Shown: positions 1-10,464 of the stretch, one piece after another
How positions within the stretch are numbered: position 1 is the stretch's first letter
Layout: each line of letters begins with the position of its first letter
Assembly (NCBI GenBank): GCA_910592345.1
Contig: CAJVPI010000218.1
Coordinates: 1 to 41,807, forward strand
Direction of reading: 5' to 3'
Source: Paraglomus brasilianum
Lineage: Eukaryota
Length of the DNA: 41,807 nucleotides
The notes under the pieces: model-generated
Database searches by the model: none
Told to the model about the DNA's origin: nothing
Seen by the model: only the letters and a program-made list of their open reading frames with translations
Program-made: the position numbers and the translations under genes

Positions 1-830
1 ACCGATTTATAACTCGTTTCAGCTGGCAAAAGTGTAAGCGATTGAGTAATGCGATTGACATTTCTACCAGGACTTGGTAATCCGTGTATTTCAGCGTAAT
101 TCTCGAGAAAATTCTTCACGGCGGTAGCAATGGTTATATCGATGGTTATCTTGGTTTTTCATCGTGGCACTTTTTTTACATTACCATGAACGCGCGGTAT
201 TATACCATTCGTCACTAGGTGATTTCTGATGTTTTCCAAATGAGTGCGACCAATTCCTAATCTGACAGAGGGGCGTATTGTGATCTCAGTAGTAAAACGT
301 TCGCTTATTAGTCCGCATTTTCTTTTTAAGACGCCGGCTGGCAGTTATTTCTCCACCATTCATTGCTTTCAGCTGGGCCATTAAAAATATATCTTGTTCG
401 GATCTAGAGAGGGCTTGAAACGCCTCACGTAATTCGGCAAAATTTTCTTTTGGAATTCGTTTTGAACAACCACGCTTGCAACCTATCTCCAAGAAACGCA
501 TGGCTTTTTCATGTTCTGTAAAACTGTTATAATTGTAAATTTCCATATACGGGTAATCCTATATATAATTTTATCATTTTCATGTTCAACTCCATAACGA
601 GTTGATCCGAAATACTAAAGAGCAAAATGTTGCAAATTTTATTCGTGTTTCGCAAGATGCAAAATGTTTTTAATATTAAGTACAACCAATAAAATATTTA
701 CATAGTCCTATCATAGTACCCCCCCTAGTATAGTACCACTATCCGATCAAAGTACCACCCCGTGTATAAGTACCCCATGGTATAACAGGGTTTTGTAAAA
801 TACACTGGTACTTTAGTCCGTGAAATACGG
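1..830 (-). mobile_element. DNA transposon (one end; runs off the window) with a CCGTATTTC terminal repeat, inserted at TA
   Basis: The minus strand reads TA|CCGTATTTCACGGACTAAAGTACCA from 832/830, followed by several GGGGTACT/GTGGTACT subterminal motifs (about 715-812). A transposase-like ORF starts about 285 bp inside, at 546. Confidence 0.7.
3..546 (-). pseudogene. Degenerate transposase-like gene, N-terminal part (Sola-like family tentative)
   Basis: ORF 286..546 continues past its TGA and a small deletion/frameshift: ...TFYY*DHNTPLCQ/LGIGRTHLENIRNHLVTNGIIPRVHGNVKKVPR*KTKITIDITIATAVKNFLENYAEIHGLPSPGRNVNRITQSLTLLPAETSYKS. The PRxHGN and NYAxxHGLPxPGR motifs resemble N-termini of transposon-derived proteins. 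The catalytic region is outside the window. Confidence 0.6.
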
Positions 831-1282
831 TATATAGTGCATTATCGAGCGCTCCAGCTATACATTAAATACGGTTTAAATTTTACAAAAATCCATGGTG
901 CATTAAAGTTTAGACAATCTCCATGGATGAAGTATTGAGCAAAGCCAATTTGGCGTGATGTATTACAAGCTAAAAATAATGCCATATTTGGAAAACAAAG
1001 GAAAACGTTTGCAAACAAATACTTCGATCAGGATCAGGACAAAAAACTCACTCGTTTAGTAAGTTCACCATTGTTTGTAGGATTCAAGGTGGAATTACAG
1101 CTGTCCACATGTTAAAAAGTACGGTATTCTGAATAAGCCGATATTTGTGGGACAAGCGATTCTTGATATTAGCAAGGCTATGATGTATAAAACCTCGCTA
1201 TGGAGACAAGGCCCGCCTACTTTATACCGATACAGATTCACTAATTATGTGGATCGAAACTGAAGACATTTACAAAGATCGA
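831..1282 (+). pseudogene. Relic of a Polinton/Maverick (adintovirus-like) B-family DNA polymerase
   Basis: Frameshifted translation: YIVHYRALQLYIKYGLNFTKIHGALKFRQSPWMK ... YKL/NNAIFGKQ/ENVCK ... GITAVHMLKSTV/LNKPIFVGQAILDISKAMMY/KPRYGDKARLLYTDTDSLIMWIETEDIYKD. It has PolB motif B (KxxxNxxxGK) and motif C YTDTDS (1223-1240) in the context typical of Maverick pPolB. Not in the ORF track. Confidence 0.85.
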
Positions 1283-1826
1283 GGGGGGTACATCGTACTG
1301 ATGGGGGTACATATCTCTTTAAACTTCTATTGGTTGCGGAATCATGTTCTCGAAATTGTATATTATAATTAACGCGCATTATTAGATACTACTAACACCT
1401 GCTGGGCGTATACGAAAACCACCCTACGGTACTCTTGCTCAATGGGTAAGAGATTCATGAAGTTGATATTCATTTGATTTAAGTGTTGTGGTGTTTCAAC
1501 GGGACAGAGGATGATGTGGTGTTTGATTATGAATTGTTAGATGAGAATGAAAATGATGAAAATTCTGAAGTAATGAATTTCAATAGTATTGACGGTGAAG
1601 AATATGAAGAAGTCGGAGGCAGTAATGTCATAGTTTAATAAAATTTGTTGTTAAATTTTGTGTTATCTCTGATCTTAAATTTTAATTGGCTGTTAGAAGG
1701 AGGGTACAAATCACAGGGGGGTATATATACCATAACTAATACCGGGGTATAAATCAAAATTTGGCCTTCAAAATTGCCGCAGGGTATAGCTCATTGGGGG
1801 GGGGTACTCGTGTCGGAGAAATACGG
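1281..1826 (+). mobile_element. Internally deleted pogo-family transposon (DDE_1 transposase C-terminus plus right TIR)
   Basis: 1395-1638 translates with disruptions as TPAGRIRKPPYGTLAQWVRDS*..FKCCGVS/GTEDDVVFDYELLDENEND...V*, a typical pogo transposase tail. It ends in GGGGTAC-type subterminal repeats and GAAATACGG|TA (1818-1828). Confidence 0.8.
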
Positions 1827-2448
1827 TACCTGACATTTCGATCTTGAGATTTATTTATTAATTATTAACGAATATTTAATATTATGCGTTGATTTGATTT
1901 TTATATATATTATTATTATATAAAGTATAACAGTTAGACAATAAAGTTCTAAATTTAAAAAAAAAAAAAGACATGTCCTGTGTCTAATAAGTATACATGC
2001 AAATATAATATATATTCAAGTTATATTATTTAACGTTATATTCCCGTTGCGAGTTTGACAGGTACGTTTTTATTAAACAAATGCTCTTGGGAACGAAAAA
2101 ATCATTCTCTAATGATCCCAGTGTATTGTTCATGCGATTGATCGCCTCTCGAATTCTTTGTTGATCACTTGGTTTGCAAGAAACAAGAGAGCTCGATGCA
2201 TACAACAAATGTTATTTCCCACCATCCCTTAAACTTTCTTTCTATTTCGGGAAGGAAAATGGAAAACCTTGCGCTATACTCGATTTCGTTAATTCAGATA
2301 AAACGAATGGCATAAGGCTGTGAATAATAACGTATATACAAATTTATCATCACTATTATTGCAGTAAATTGAAATAGATGATGTTGGTATTGCACACTTT
2401 TATTTATTTAAAGCAGCAATCACAGCTTTGAATTTGATTGACTACGTA

Positions 2449-2780
2449 CAGTCCCCGTCTCAAAAGTCACGACCACTCCCTTACATTTGCAATTATATTG
2501 GCATAACGAGCAATGTAATCACTGTGAAATAATACTGGATTTAGTGCACACTATAGTAATAGTAATTCATACACAAAAAATTGCGAGAACCTATTCGGCC
2601 ATGTCGAGGGAAACAACGTTTTTGCTTCGAAACATAATTACGTTAAGATCGTATTCCTGTAATTAAGCAAATGCTATTGGAAAGAAATTGGCGGTTTAAA
2701 TTAGCCAAGTTATTCCTTAGGAGAATGTCCTCCAAGTTATGGACTGGCCCTAACTCGAACCCGATCGAAAACTTGTTAAA
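2449..2780 (+). mobile_element. Tc1/mariner (DDE_3) transposon remnant
   Basis: TA|CAGTCCCCGTCTCAAAAGTCACGACCAC is a Tc1-like TIR at 2447-2476. About 2650-2776 gives IPVIKQML..WRF/KLAKLFL/ENVLQVMDWP/NS..NPIENL, a degraded WPxNSPDLNPIENLW motif. Confidence 0.7.
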
Positions 2781-3554
2781 CTGTAAATTACAAGTTATTC
2801 GAGAGTTTGAGTCACTAAATTATAGAACAATGGAACATATTAATATTGTAAATTGACTTCATTTATATCAACGTGTAACCAGATGCTGTCTTCATACCCA
2901 AATCGTAGCTATTTCTCGGTTTAGGCAAATCTAGAGCTTACTAGAATATTTACTCTCCTTCTCGAGACGTGAAACGGTTTTACATCATTATGATAAACGG
3001 CACTCCATGCGTTGCTGTCAGAATTGCCCCTTTAACAAGCCTGTCAATATCATTATAAAGTGCCCTTGAAATTGGGGGGATATTCAGGTTTTTGAAGAGT
3101 AGTTAATAATTTGACCATTGAAAAGTACTCTCCAGAGTCGCAAGTTGTTATTTCAATTTTGCCGACTTATCGAGAATTTTTAAAATCTTGGCCGACATTG
3201 CTAACTTATTCAGTGACTCAAAACCATGCCGAAGGTATATTTCGTAAGCACTCCATCGATCTAAAGTCACGTTTTGTTCGACATTTCTGATATTTGCATA
3301 AATCGATATTGTGGATGCGGGTTAGCTAAGGTTCTTTCCCACCCTTTTGTCATTGCGCTCGTGCATAATATTTATCCGTGCCTAGACAAACATCAGATTC
3401 CTTCAGGCGACAGGCATATTACGCTGTGCGAGTGTTGAGTCAATATGCAATGCTAGTCTATTCCATTACTCAGTCCCAATATCATCTCATAGTAGTTGAC
3501 TCTCTGCACAGTGTTGAGTATCTCGACTTGGACTAAAAATCACAAATAGAATAT

Positions 3555-3788
3555 CTATGCACTATCTCTTAATACGTGGACACCAATTATGCATGTCTGA
3601 TTATTGCTAGTGAGCGGATAATGCTTCTCAAGTATATTTAATAATCCTGTCTTTATACTCTCTTCTCTGTGAGGCAAGGGTCCATCCATACTTGGCGACA
3701 ATTGAGCAGTTAAGCGAGTACACAGAATATCATGTTCTTCGCAGAGTGTATCAATCGAACGCTTGTTTATAAGGTTACGCCGTGCCAT
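3555..3788 (-). CDS. Possible small hypothetical protein (77 aa)
   Basis: ATG-initiated ORF with a TATATAAA-like element just upstream. No recognisable motif. Confidence 0.2.
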   Translation of the reverse strand: MARRNLINKRSIDTLCEEHDILCTRLTAQLSPSMDGPLPHREESIKTGLLNILEKHYPLTSNNQTCIIGVHVLRDSA

Positions 3789-4773
3789 AAAAATTATTCA
3801 TTTATATAATATATATATCGACCGTAGAAGCATCGTATGCCGTGGATGAATGTTCGCAAGCAGGCTTATAAAGACTTTCGGCGGAAAGACTTGCAATAGG
3901 TAATAACATTCACACAACATGGCTTTTCTTGTATGAGGATTTTTCGCTCGAAAGAATTCATTCGGGGTGTTCGAATATTTTCATTGTGAATGCTTATGTC
4001 GACAAACCTTATTGTGAAATTCCCTAAACTGCTACTGGTTGGTGTAACAAGACGATTAGAATGTAGAGTAGAAAGTCTAAATTTACTGCAAGACAAATGG
4101 TTTAAAATTATGCTCTCGATTTTGAGCTGAACAAGGTGTTGACTGTTAATTAGAAAGAATAAATTAAAGACATAATAATTGTTAGGAAGTTGACAACAGC
4201 CTGACTGTCGATCAAACTTTGTCCCGTGTTAGAGACTGTCCCGTTTATATATCTAATTCGAGTCATTTTAACAATTGGACGATCGTTGCGTATTTTCATT
4301 GTTGTATATCGTATCACAATTCTTATACAACTGCCAATAAACGACCTGTTTAATGCAAGTCAGCCAACAATCTCTATATTGCCTTATTAGTCTTCTCTCT
4401 ATTCCACTTGATTATCGTTCATTTAACAAAGTTCAATTCCATTAATCTATCTTTACTTGCATTTCACAAAACAAATCTAACAATGAAAAGTATATTATCG
4501 GAAATTGTAAAAATCGATGCACATTTACTAAGAACAAAGGTAGACATGCAATCAACACAAAGAAACTATTATTCGCGAAGCAAAACTCTCCCGAAAAAAA
4601 AGGGCATTTTATTAAGTCAATTTGCTTCTACATTATCGTTCTTAACATCCAACCCATCAATCTTATTATATCGACCAGCGATATGTGAAATTAAGCGAAA
4701 ATATATATTAATATATCAAAGTCAATTATACTATTAAGATTTTCCCTGTGAATAATTACAACCCACTACTTTA

Positions 4774-6250
4774 TCAATTCAATAGAGTATCGATAGACAT
4801 TACATTCAAATTTCTCGTCAATAAACTATTTGCTAATTTTTCCTTTTCTTCCACAGCAACATCTGCGAGTTGCATCAGCGAGTCAATTACGTTGTGCCCG
4901 AGTTCCATACGCGTTTTCACTTCCATCTTTACTTTATCAGCAAGAATTTTGTCATTGCAGAGTCCTGTCGATATCCAATTTGATTTCTCGACATACGTAT
5001 CGGGCGATGATGGTGTATACGGCGGTGTAAGAGGCACATAACAGGGGATTAAATTTACAGCTTGTGAAGGCTCATGGTAGATGCACGAGCTAGTGACACT
5101 ATGGGCGCTGGGCTTATGATGTACATTGTAAGAATTTGGATAAAGATAAGTTGAAATGTTGTCGCTTGTAGAAAGATTTGGAGTGTATATTGGAGTGGTG
5201 GTTGGAGAATGCGTATCCGAAATAACGGGTTGAGCGGGAAAAATAGTCTCCGATGCTGGATTAATTATTGAACGCGGGACGGAATTATTGTACTTGTAGG
5301 TATGTCGTTCTAAAGTAACATGAATATTAGATATGCATCGAAAACCGTTAAACGATACAATCTTATTACCTTCTTTGCTTTTATTTTCAACGCCTTTCTT
5401 TCTTCTTGTTTCAGCGTCATTACTTCTCTTAAGATGCTTGCCATCTCTTTTAACTTTTCTTACTCCATCTTTTTCACGTACGTGTCCTTCCCTGAATCTG
5501 CTCACCTCATTACACCATTTCTTTTCATGTTGCTTTTTCTCCGCACGTTTATACAACTTGGAATAGAATCTATTCTTGACCATATTGGCTGGTCTCTTTA
5601 GCCGCTTACCCATTTCCGCCCATTTGGTATTGAATTCTTTGTACATTGCTAAGATTTTCAAATCCTCCTCAGGCGAAATAGGCGTATACAAAACTTGGAA
5701 AGGAAAACAAGGAGAGTGAGAACGATTGGACAAGATGGTAAAAAAAAGAATTTTTGTGCTTACGTTGTGGGTCCAAGTGGTTGGTCCAACTGAAAGGGCG
5801 AGAGGAAGCGAGAAATCTTTTAATATTTATTTGTTTACGTGAAATGTATTAAGCACAATAGTCTCCTTTATATTTACCGTTCTCGACATTGCTTGCCATC
5901 TCTCCAGCCGTGTTGTATACCAATATGTTTCCAATTCTTTACTCCTAATGTACTTACAAGGTGTTGCAATTTTTGGTCTTCCTATGAAAGAAATAACGTT
6001 CAATTAATTCGTTACCAGATTAATGTTTATGACAGCTGACGCTAATACCAACAATAACTCATAGCCGTTGTACTTGGGCTTGTTACGCGCTCGTTGCCAC
6101 TCGCCTACGCTTATCTAGTTGTTTGTCCTAATACACGCGAATACTCACTTTTAGCTCCCATGATCCTGTACGACGGGTATTAGTGGATGCTTCGAGCATT
6201 ATATCTTGCTTAAAAGAGATTTGACAGGTATTAGTGGATGTTTCGAGCAT
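4774..6250 (-). CDS. R2R3-Myb DNA-binding transcription factor, 4 exons (6250-6149, 5981-5878, 5789-5764, 5693-4774)
   Basis: Splicing at GT-AG sites restores GSWELKEDQKLQHLVSTLGVKNWKHIGIQHGWRDGKQCRERWTNHLDPQLLYTPISPEEDLKILAMYKEFNTKWAEMGKRLKRPANMVKNRFY, two Myb repeats. Exon phases are consistent. An alternative in-frame start lies at 6199. Confidence 0.92.
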
Positions 6251-7270
6251 TATAACTTGTTTATTGCGTGTGTGAGTGTGCGAGAGTGTGAGTGAGTAAA
6301 AAGTGCTATTATTGGACTTGTTTGGGTTTCGCCGTTTGATATGGGTTACAAGTCAAGTAAAAATGTCGGACTATAAGTTGATAAGTCGGGGGAGGAAGGG
6401 GGGGGGGTATATATGCAACACTTCACGGACAGAATTGGTTGCCGATGATGTAATCGAGTAATCGTGTCTGGTTGAGAGATTATGGTTTACATTAAAGAAA
6501 ATCCACTATTATTACAGTTATGGTGAGATACATACGATCTAGTAGAAATAAAGAATTTTAATGCAGCGCGACAAATTCTGTGATGTGATACGTGAGAGAA
6601 AAAAAATTTATTGAGCTAATTCGTTGTCTTGAAAAAACCAGGGAATGTTTGATCTTCTTTCTTGTTACATCAAAATCCAAAAGAAGCCAAGGCTCGTCCG
6701 CGTTATTTACCAAAACCTTTAGTACAATAGCTACCAAGTAAGTGGATAAAGTTCAGCCGACTTTTCTAAAGACAATATATTAATGGGCAAAATTACAATG
6801 GTTCATTATTCGTATTCTATTTGCTGATATAAACGTACGTAAATAAGACATCCGTCTGTAAAGTATTATATGTATGTCATTATTGTTTATTTCCTCTTTG
6901 ATGCATGCTCATAAACCCCAGGGCGTTGCTATTGTTGCTGTTTCTGGTATATTCGCCTTCAAATGTTTGGATTGCATTGACATTTACAAGGGGGACTAAT
7001 AATAAAGAGTATTGGAATGCAGGAACAGGAGTAGGGCAGGAAGCAGGAGCAGCAAGTAAGAGTAGTATATATTAATATTGTGTATACTGAAAGATCGCCA
7101 TCTTATACAAGGGTTTAATCGGTAAAGCAGAGTAGAATATCTCACAATATGCATTTGGTTAGGGTCTGGATCATATTGCTCGAACAAGACTATCGCATTT
7201 ATTTTCGAATTAAGTTGCAATAATGGTGCGCGATAATAATAAATACGATGTTTCAATTGGGTGTAATATC

Positions 7271-7322
7271 CATATATATATGTGTATGTATGTATATATG
7301 TATGTATGTATATATTTATGTG
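7271..7322. repeat. (TA)n/(TATG)n microsatellite
   Basis: catatatatatgtgtatgtatgtatatatgtatgtatgtatatatttatg. Confidence 0.85.
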
Positions 7323-7490
7323 TTAATAATGTCTAATGTACGTTATAATATACGTATTAATGATTAGTAAGAAAGCTGCACCGAGCCTATTTACATGAGA
7401 AAGAGACGATTAGAAACGGGGATAGGCACGGCACAATATATCAAGTTGGGTTTCTTACCGTAACAATGCTCACAAGACTCAATCTCGTAT

Positions 7491-7807
7491 TTAATTCTGA
7501 TCCGTTCGGTAAACGTCGTAACTCACGTCGACTTGATAACTTTGATCAGTTTGATTGTCTTGATTGTCTTGATTGTCTTGATTGTTTTGGTTGTTTTGAT
7601 TTTCTTGGTATTCTTGGGCAGCAGCACAGAACATTCTATTTACCGATCAATTGTGACGGTTGCATTAGACCCTAGATTGGTATGGCCATAGTGTACATGA
7701 TATTATATGGGATTGCCTTACTTGAGCATTTTCTTCAACCCTTTTTTAACTTTCTTCGACGTAGACTTTTCCTTTTTCTTTCCGTGTTTGTCCTTCTTAT
7801 CAGACAT
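7491..7807 (-). CDS. Small 76-aa protein, Lys-rich N-terminus plus Q/N/D tripeptide repeats; 2 exons (7807-7722, 7635-7491)
   Basis: GTAAGG donor, CTAAT branch site and AATAG acceptor give MSDKKDKHGKKKEKSTSKKVKKGLKKMLKMFCAAAQEYQENQNNQNNQDNQDNQDNQTDQSYQVDVSYDVYRTDQN*. A TATA box lies about 100 bp upstream. The 9-bp repeat keeps frame. Confidence 0.65.
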
Positions 7808-7902
7808 GCTTGCTCAATATGAAATTAGGTAAAAATAATTTGTGCGAAAAGTATATGATGGGAATAATGAAGTTATGGAGTTACTGGTCTTTGAAAAAGG
7901 GG

Positions 7903-7910
7903 TTTATATA
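7903..7910 (-). promoter_or_regulatory. TATA box (TATATAAA) for the small Q/N protein gene
   Basis: Consensus TATA about 100 bp upstream of ATG 7807. Confidence 0.45.
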
Positions 7911-8661
7911 ATAAGGATTTTACAAAATTCGCTCTCTAATGGGCAATAAGGCTATTCAATTTGTATCACGCTATAGCTATATAATTACAATTGAGGAACC
8001 AGACACAATACCTTATGATCAACTCTTGACCTATCGCGGGCAAAAAGGATTAACACGACAGATAGCATAATGTAGTACGATTCCTCAGAAATTAGTCTTG
8101 AAAAGGTCTGTCATTACGATTTCTACAAAAGTATCGACCGCAATTGGATTGAATTGACGAGAATCGGTTTTGGGCTTAGACAGTTGTCTGTCATTGATGG
8201 CCGAAGTTGGAACTCTGTTCGGTTATAATACAAACTTGATGGTATTATGTGTGATTGATTACACAGGAAAGTCCATATATTCGTAATGTGCACAAAATAT
8301 TATGGTGTAACTCGAAAAGTATACTAGATTAATTGCATATAATAATAACTGCGTGCCGGGCTCAAAAATTTTTATTATTTTTTTTTCATGATGCATATTT
8401 ATCCCACAGGCATTCGCGGGCCGGAAATATTGGCGCAGAAGATTTTGTTCTTGCAGATATTTTATATTCTTTATTAGGCTTACGTTATATCAACTTGTGA
8501 AAATTGTTCCTGAATGGTTCAACTAGCCATTGAGTACTACTAAAAATAGGAAAAAGCCTTAACCAAATTAAGTGGAAAGCCTTTATCAAATTTAGTGAAC
8601 AGGTGTGACAACTTGTCAATGCATGTAAAGCACTATAACATCGTATACCATGTATGTCAAC

Positions 8662-9130
8662 TCATTCACTAATCAGTCTCTTTTGAAGTGTCTTCCATCG
8701 GATTAGACACGCATTGGCATTTCTATTGGGCACTTTCTTACTGACTTCTGTCCACGGTGGAGTACCCATATGAGAGAGGATAGCCTCGATCAAAAGTTTG
8801 TCTTCTGCGGCTGTCCACATAATCCTCGTAGAATTGGTTCCGGCTGGCCTGCCACGCTTTCGTTTTGTTGGTGGTTTCCCCTGCAAATAATAATAAACAA
8901 CAATTAACGCTTATATACTAAATACGACAGTAAAACATAATGGCAATCTTTACTTTTATGCCGATATCAGTAACCCTTTCTTGTTTAGCACAGTCGTCAT
9001 ACTCGTTCTGGACAACAAGCCTTCCTTCGCCCCTTTGCTGCGTACTTGTCCCGGGATCAGCAAAAATTGTGACAGATTCCGTATTGACGTTTGTTTTACC
9101 CGAGGTTTTACCCGAGGTTTTACGCGACAT
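8662..9130 (-). CDS. AT-hook plus single Myb/SANT domain protein, 2 exons (9130-8954, 8880-8662)
   Basis: A phase-0 GT-AG intron joins MSRKTSGK...DIGIK to GKPPTKRKRGRPAG...WTAAEDKLL...PPWTEVSKKVPNRNANACLIRW. This has the RGRP AT-hook core and three spaced Myb Trp residues. TATAAA lies at about 9193-9198. Confidence 0.85.
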
Positions 9131-9409
9131 TCTTTTACGACTTTTTGCTGCGACCGTAGAATAGCATGAAATAGAATAGACAGCCTCGGTATTTATAACC
9201 ATCAAGAAAGCCTATTACTTAAATTATGATTATGATAAGAGTTCAATCATATTAATTGTACAATCAATGTATCTGAATTACGCTCTGAATCGGACGTCTA
9301 AACCCCCACACATGAGTCACATCTATATTTATTTCACTATAGCATCAATGTCACCATCACATGCAAGGCAAGATTACAATTATTCACAGAACAATTCATA
9401 AACCTGCCC

Positions 9410-10464
9410 CTATTCTTTTTTTATGCCAGTCTCCGCTGCCTTGACATGTATTCTATGTTTATTCACTTCTCCACTCTTGTTCATTTCCTCATTCTTCTTT
9501 TTTATCTTTTCTAATATCTGCTGTCGAGCTCTCTTGATTTCTGTCGCAAGTCCAGGTGTATCATCAAATGCTTTCGCAATACTGTCTATTAAATTCTCGT
9601 CAATAATTTGAGTTTTGATCTTAGTCGAGCTGTAAATTTTATTGAGAACATCCGAGTCAGTAGGTGAGAGACGCGAGGTATCGAGAATATAACGAAGGTG
9701 TTGGGCGCCTTTGTACGCTGAGGTAATCGCAAAGATCGAGGAGAATAAAAAAGGGTGAAACGTGTTTAAAAAAAAAATCATAGCGTCATGAATTTAGAAT
9801 ATTAATCGTCAATTCAAATAGCGACATATTTTCTCACCTTTGTAATGGCTATATAAGCGAAATAAGTTGTAGAATAGTGGTATATTTGGTATAATGGGCA
9901 CTATTGTAAAGCAACACGCCAATGGCACCCACAGGGCAGAATAAATCATATACTTTCGATGATAAGGCAAGCGGTTTGTGACCAACTGATCAAGACTCAT
10001 TGCAGCCTCATTTGATGATGTCACAGTCGAAGGGTAAATAAAGGGAATCTACGCAATAGAAAAAGATAGCGAGCACTTTATAAGACATTATACGTCCTTA
10101 CGTCCATTAGGAACACGTCCAGTATAACGCAACGAAACTTACTATCTGATAATAGCAGTTCTCTAACGGCCCCCTCCCGTTCTTCTCACACACAGCTTAC
10201 CAACTCTTTGCTTCTCAGCTCAACTTTTCTTTCCATAATGGGCACGCCCTTGAGGAAGCTCTCTTGATAATCGGTCTTATCCAACAATTGTTGTCCAATA
10301 ACATATAGTCGCACTTTCCAACGACTTTTCTTAACGTCTTTAAGAGATTCCCATTTTTTAGCCGTGTAAGATGTTATTTTGGCAAGATATGATTGTCGAG
10401 TCAAAATGTGTTGGCAATAGAATGCGGTTTTATTACTAAAGAGAGGAATACAAAATAAACGCAT
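9410..10464 (-). CDS. Mitochondrial K+/H+ exchange-related protein (Mit_KHE1 family, yeast YDL183C-like), 3 exons (10464-10201, 10048-9838, 9717-9410)
   Basis: MRLFCIPL N-terminus and YHRKYMIYS...P..IVPIIPNIPLFYNLFRLYSHYKAYKGAQHL signature. GT-AG introns with matching phases. Confidence 0.8.

Noticed and set aside
159..288. In-frame TGA at positions where Trp is plausible, suggesting genetic code 4 (Mollicutes endobacterium or mitochondrial origin)
   Set aside because: The same gene also has a frameshifting deletion, sits in a eukaryotic TIR element and is flanked by spliceosomal genes. TGG-to-TGA decay in a pseudogene is simpler.
2026..2330. 60-aa minus-strand ORF with a possible upstream splice acceptor
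   Set aside because: No consistent open frame from the acceptor, a non-ATG start and no recognisable motif.
6900..7256. Possible exons on either strand between the Myb and Q/N genes
   Set aside because: I could not assemble a coherent gene model or recognise any domain.
7466..7675. Plus-strand ORF with DCL-DCL-DCL repeats resembling a metal-binding peptide
   Set aside because: It is the antisense shadow of the 9-bp repeat. The minus strand has the TATA box, intron signals and a better model.
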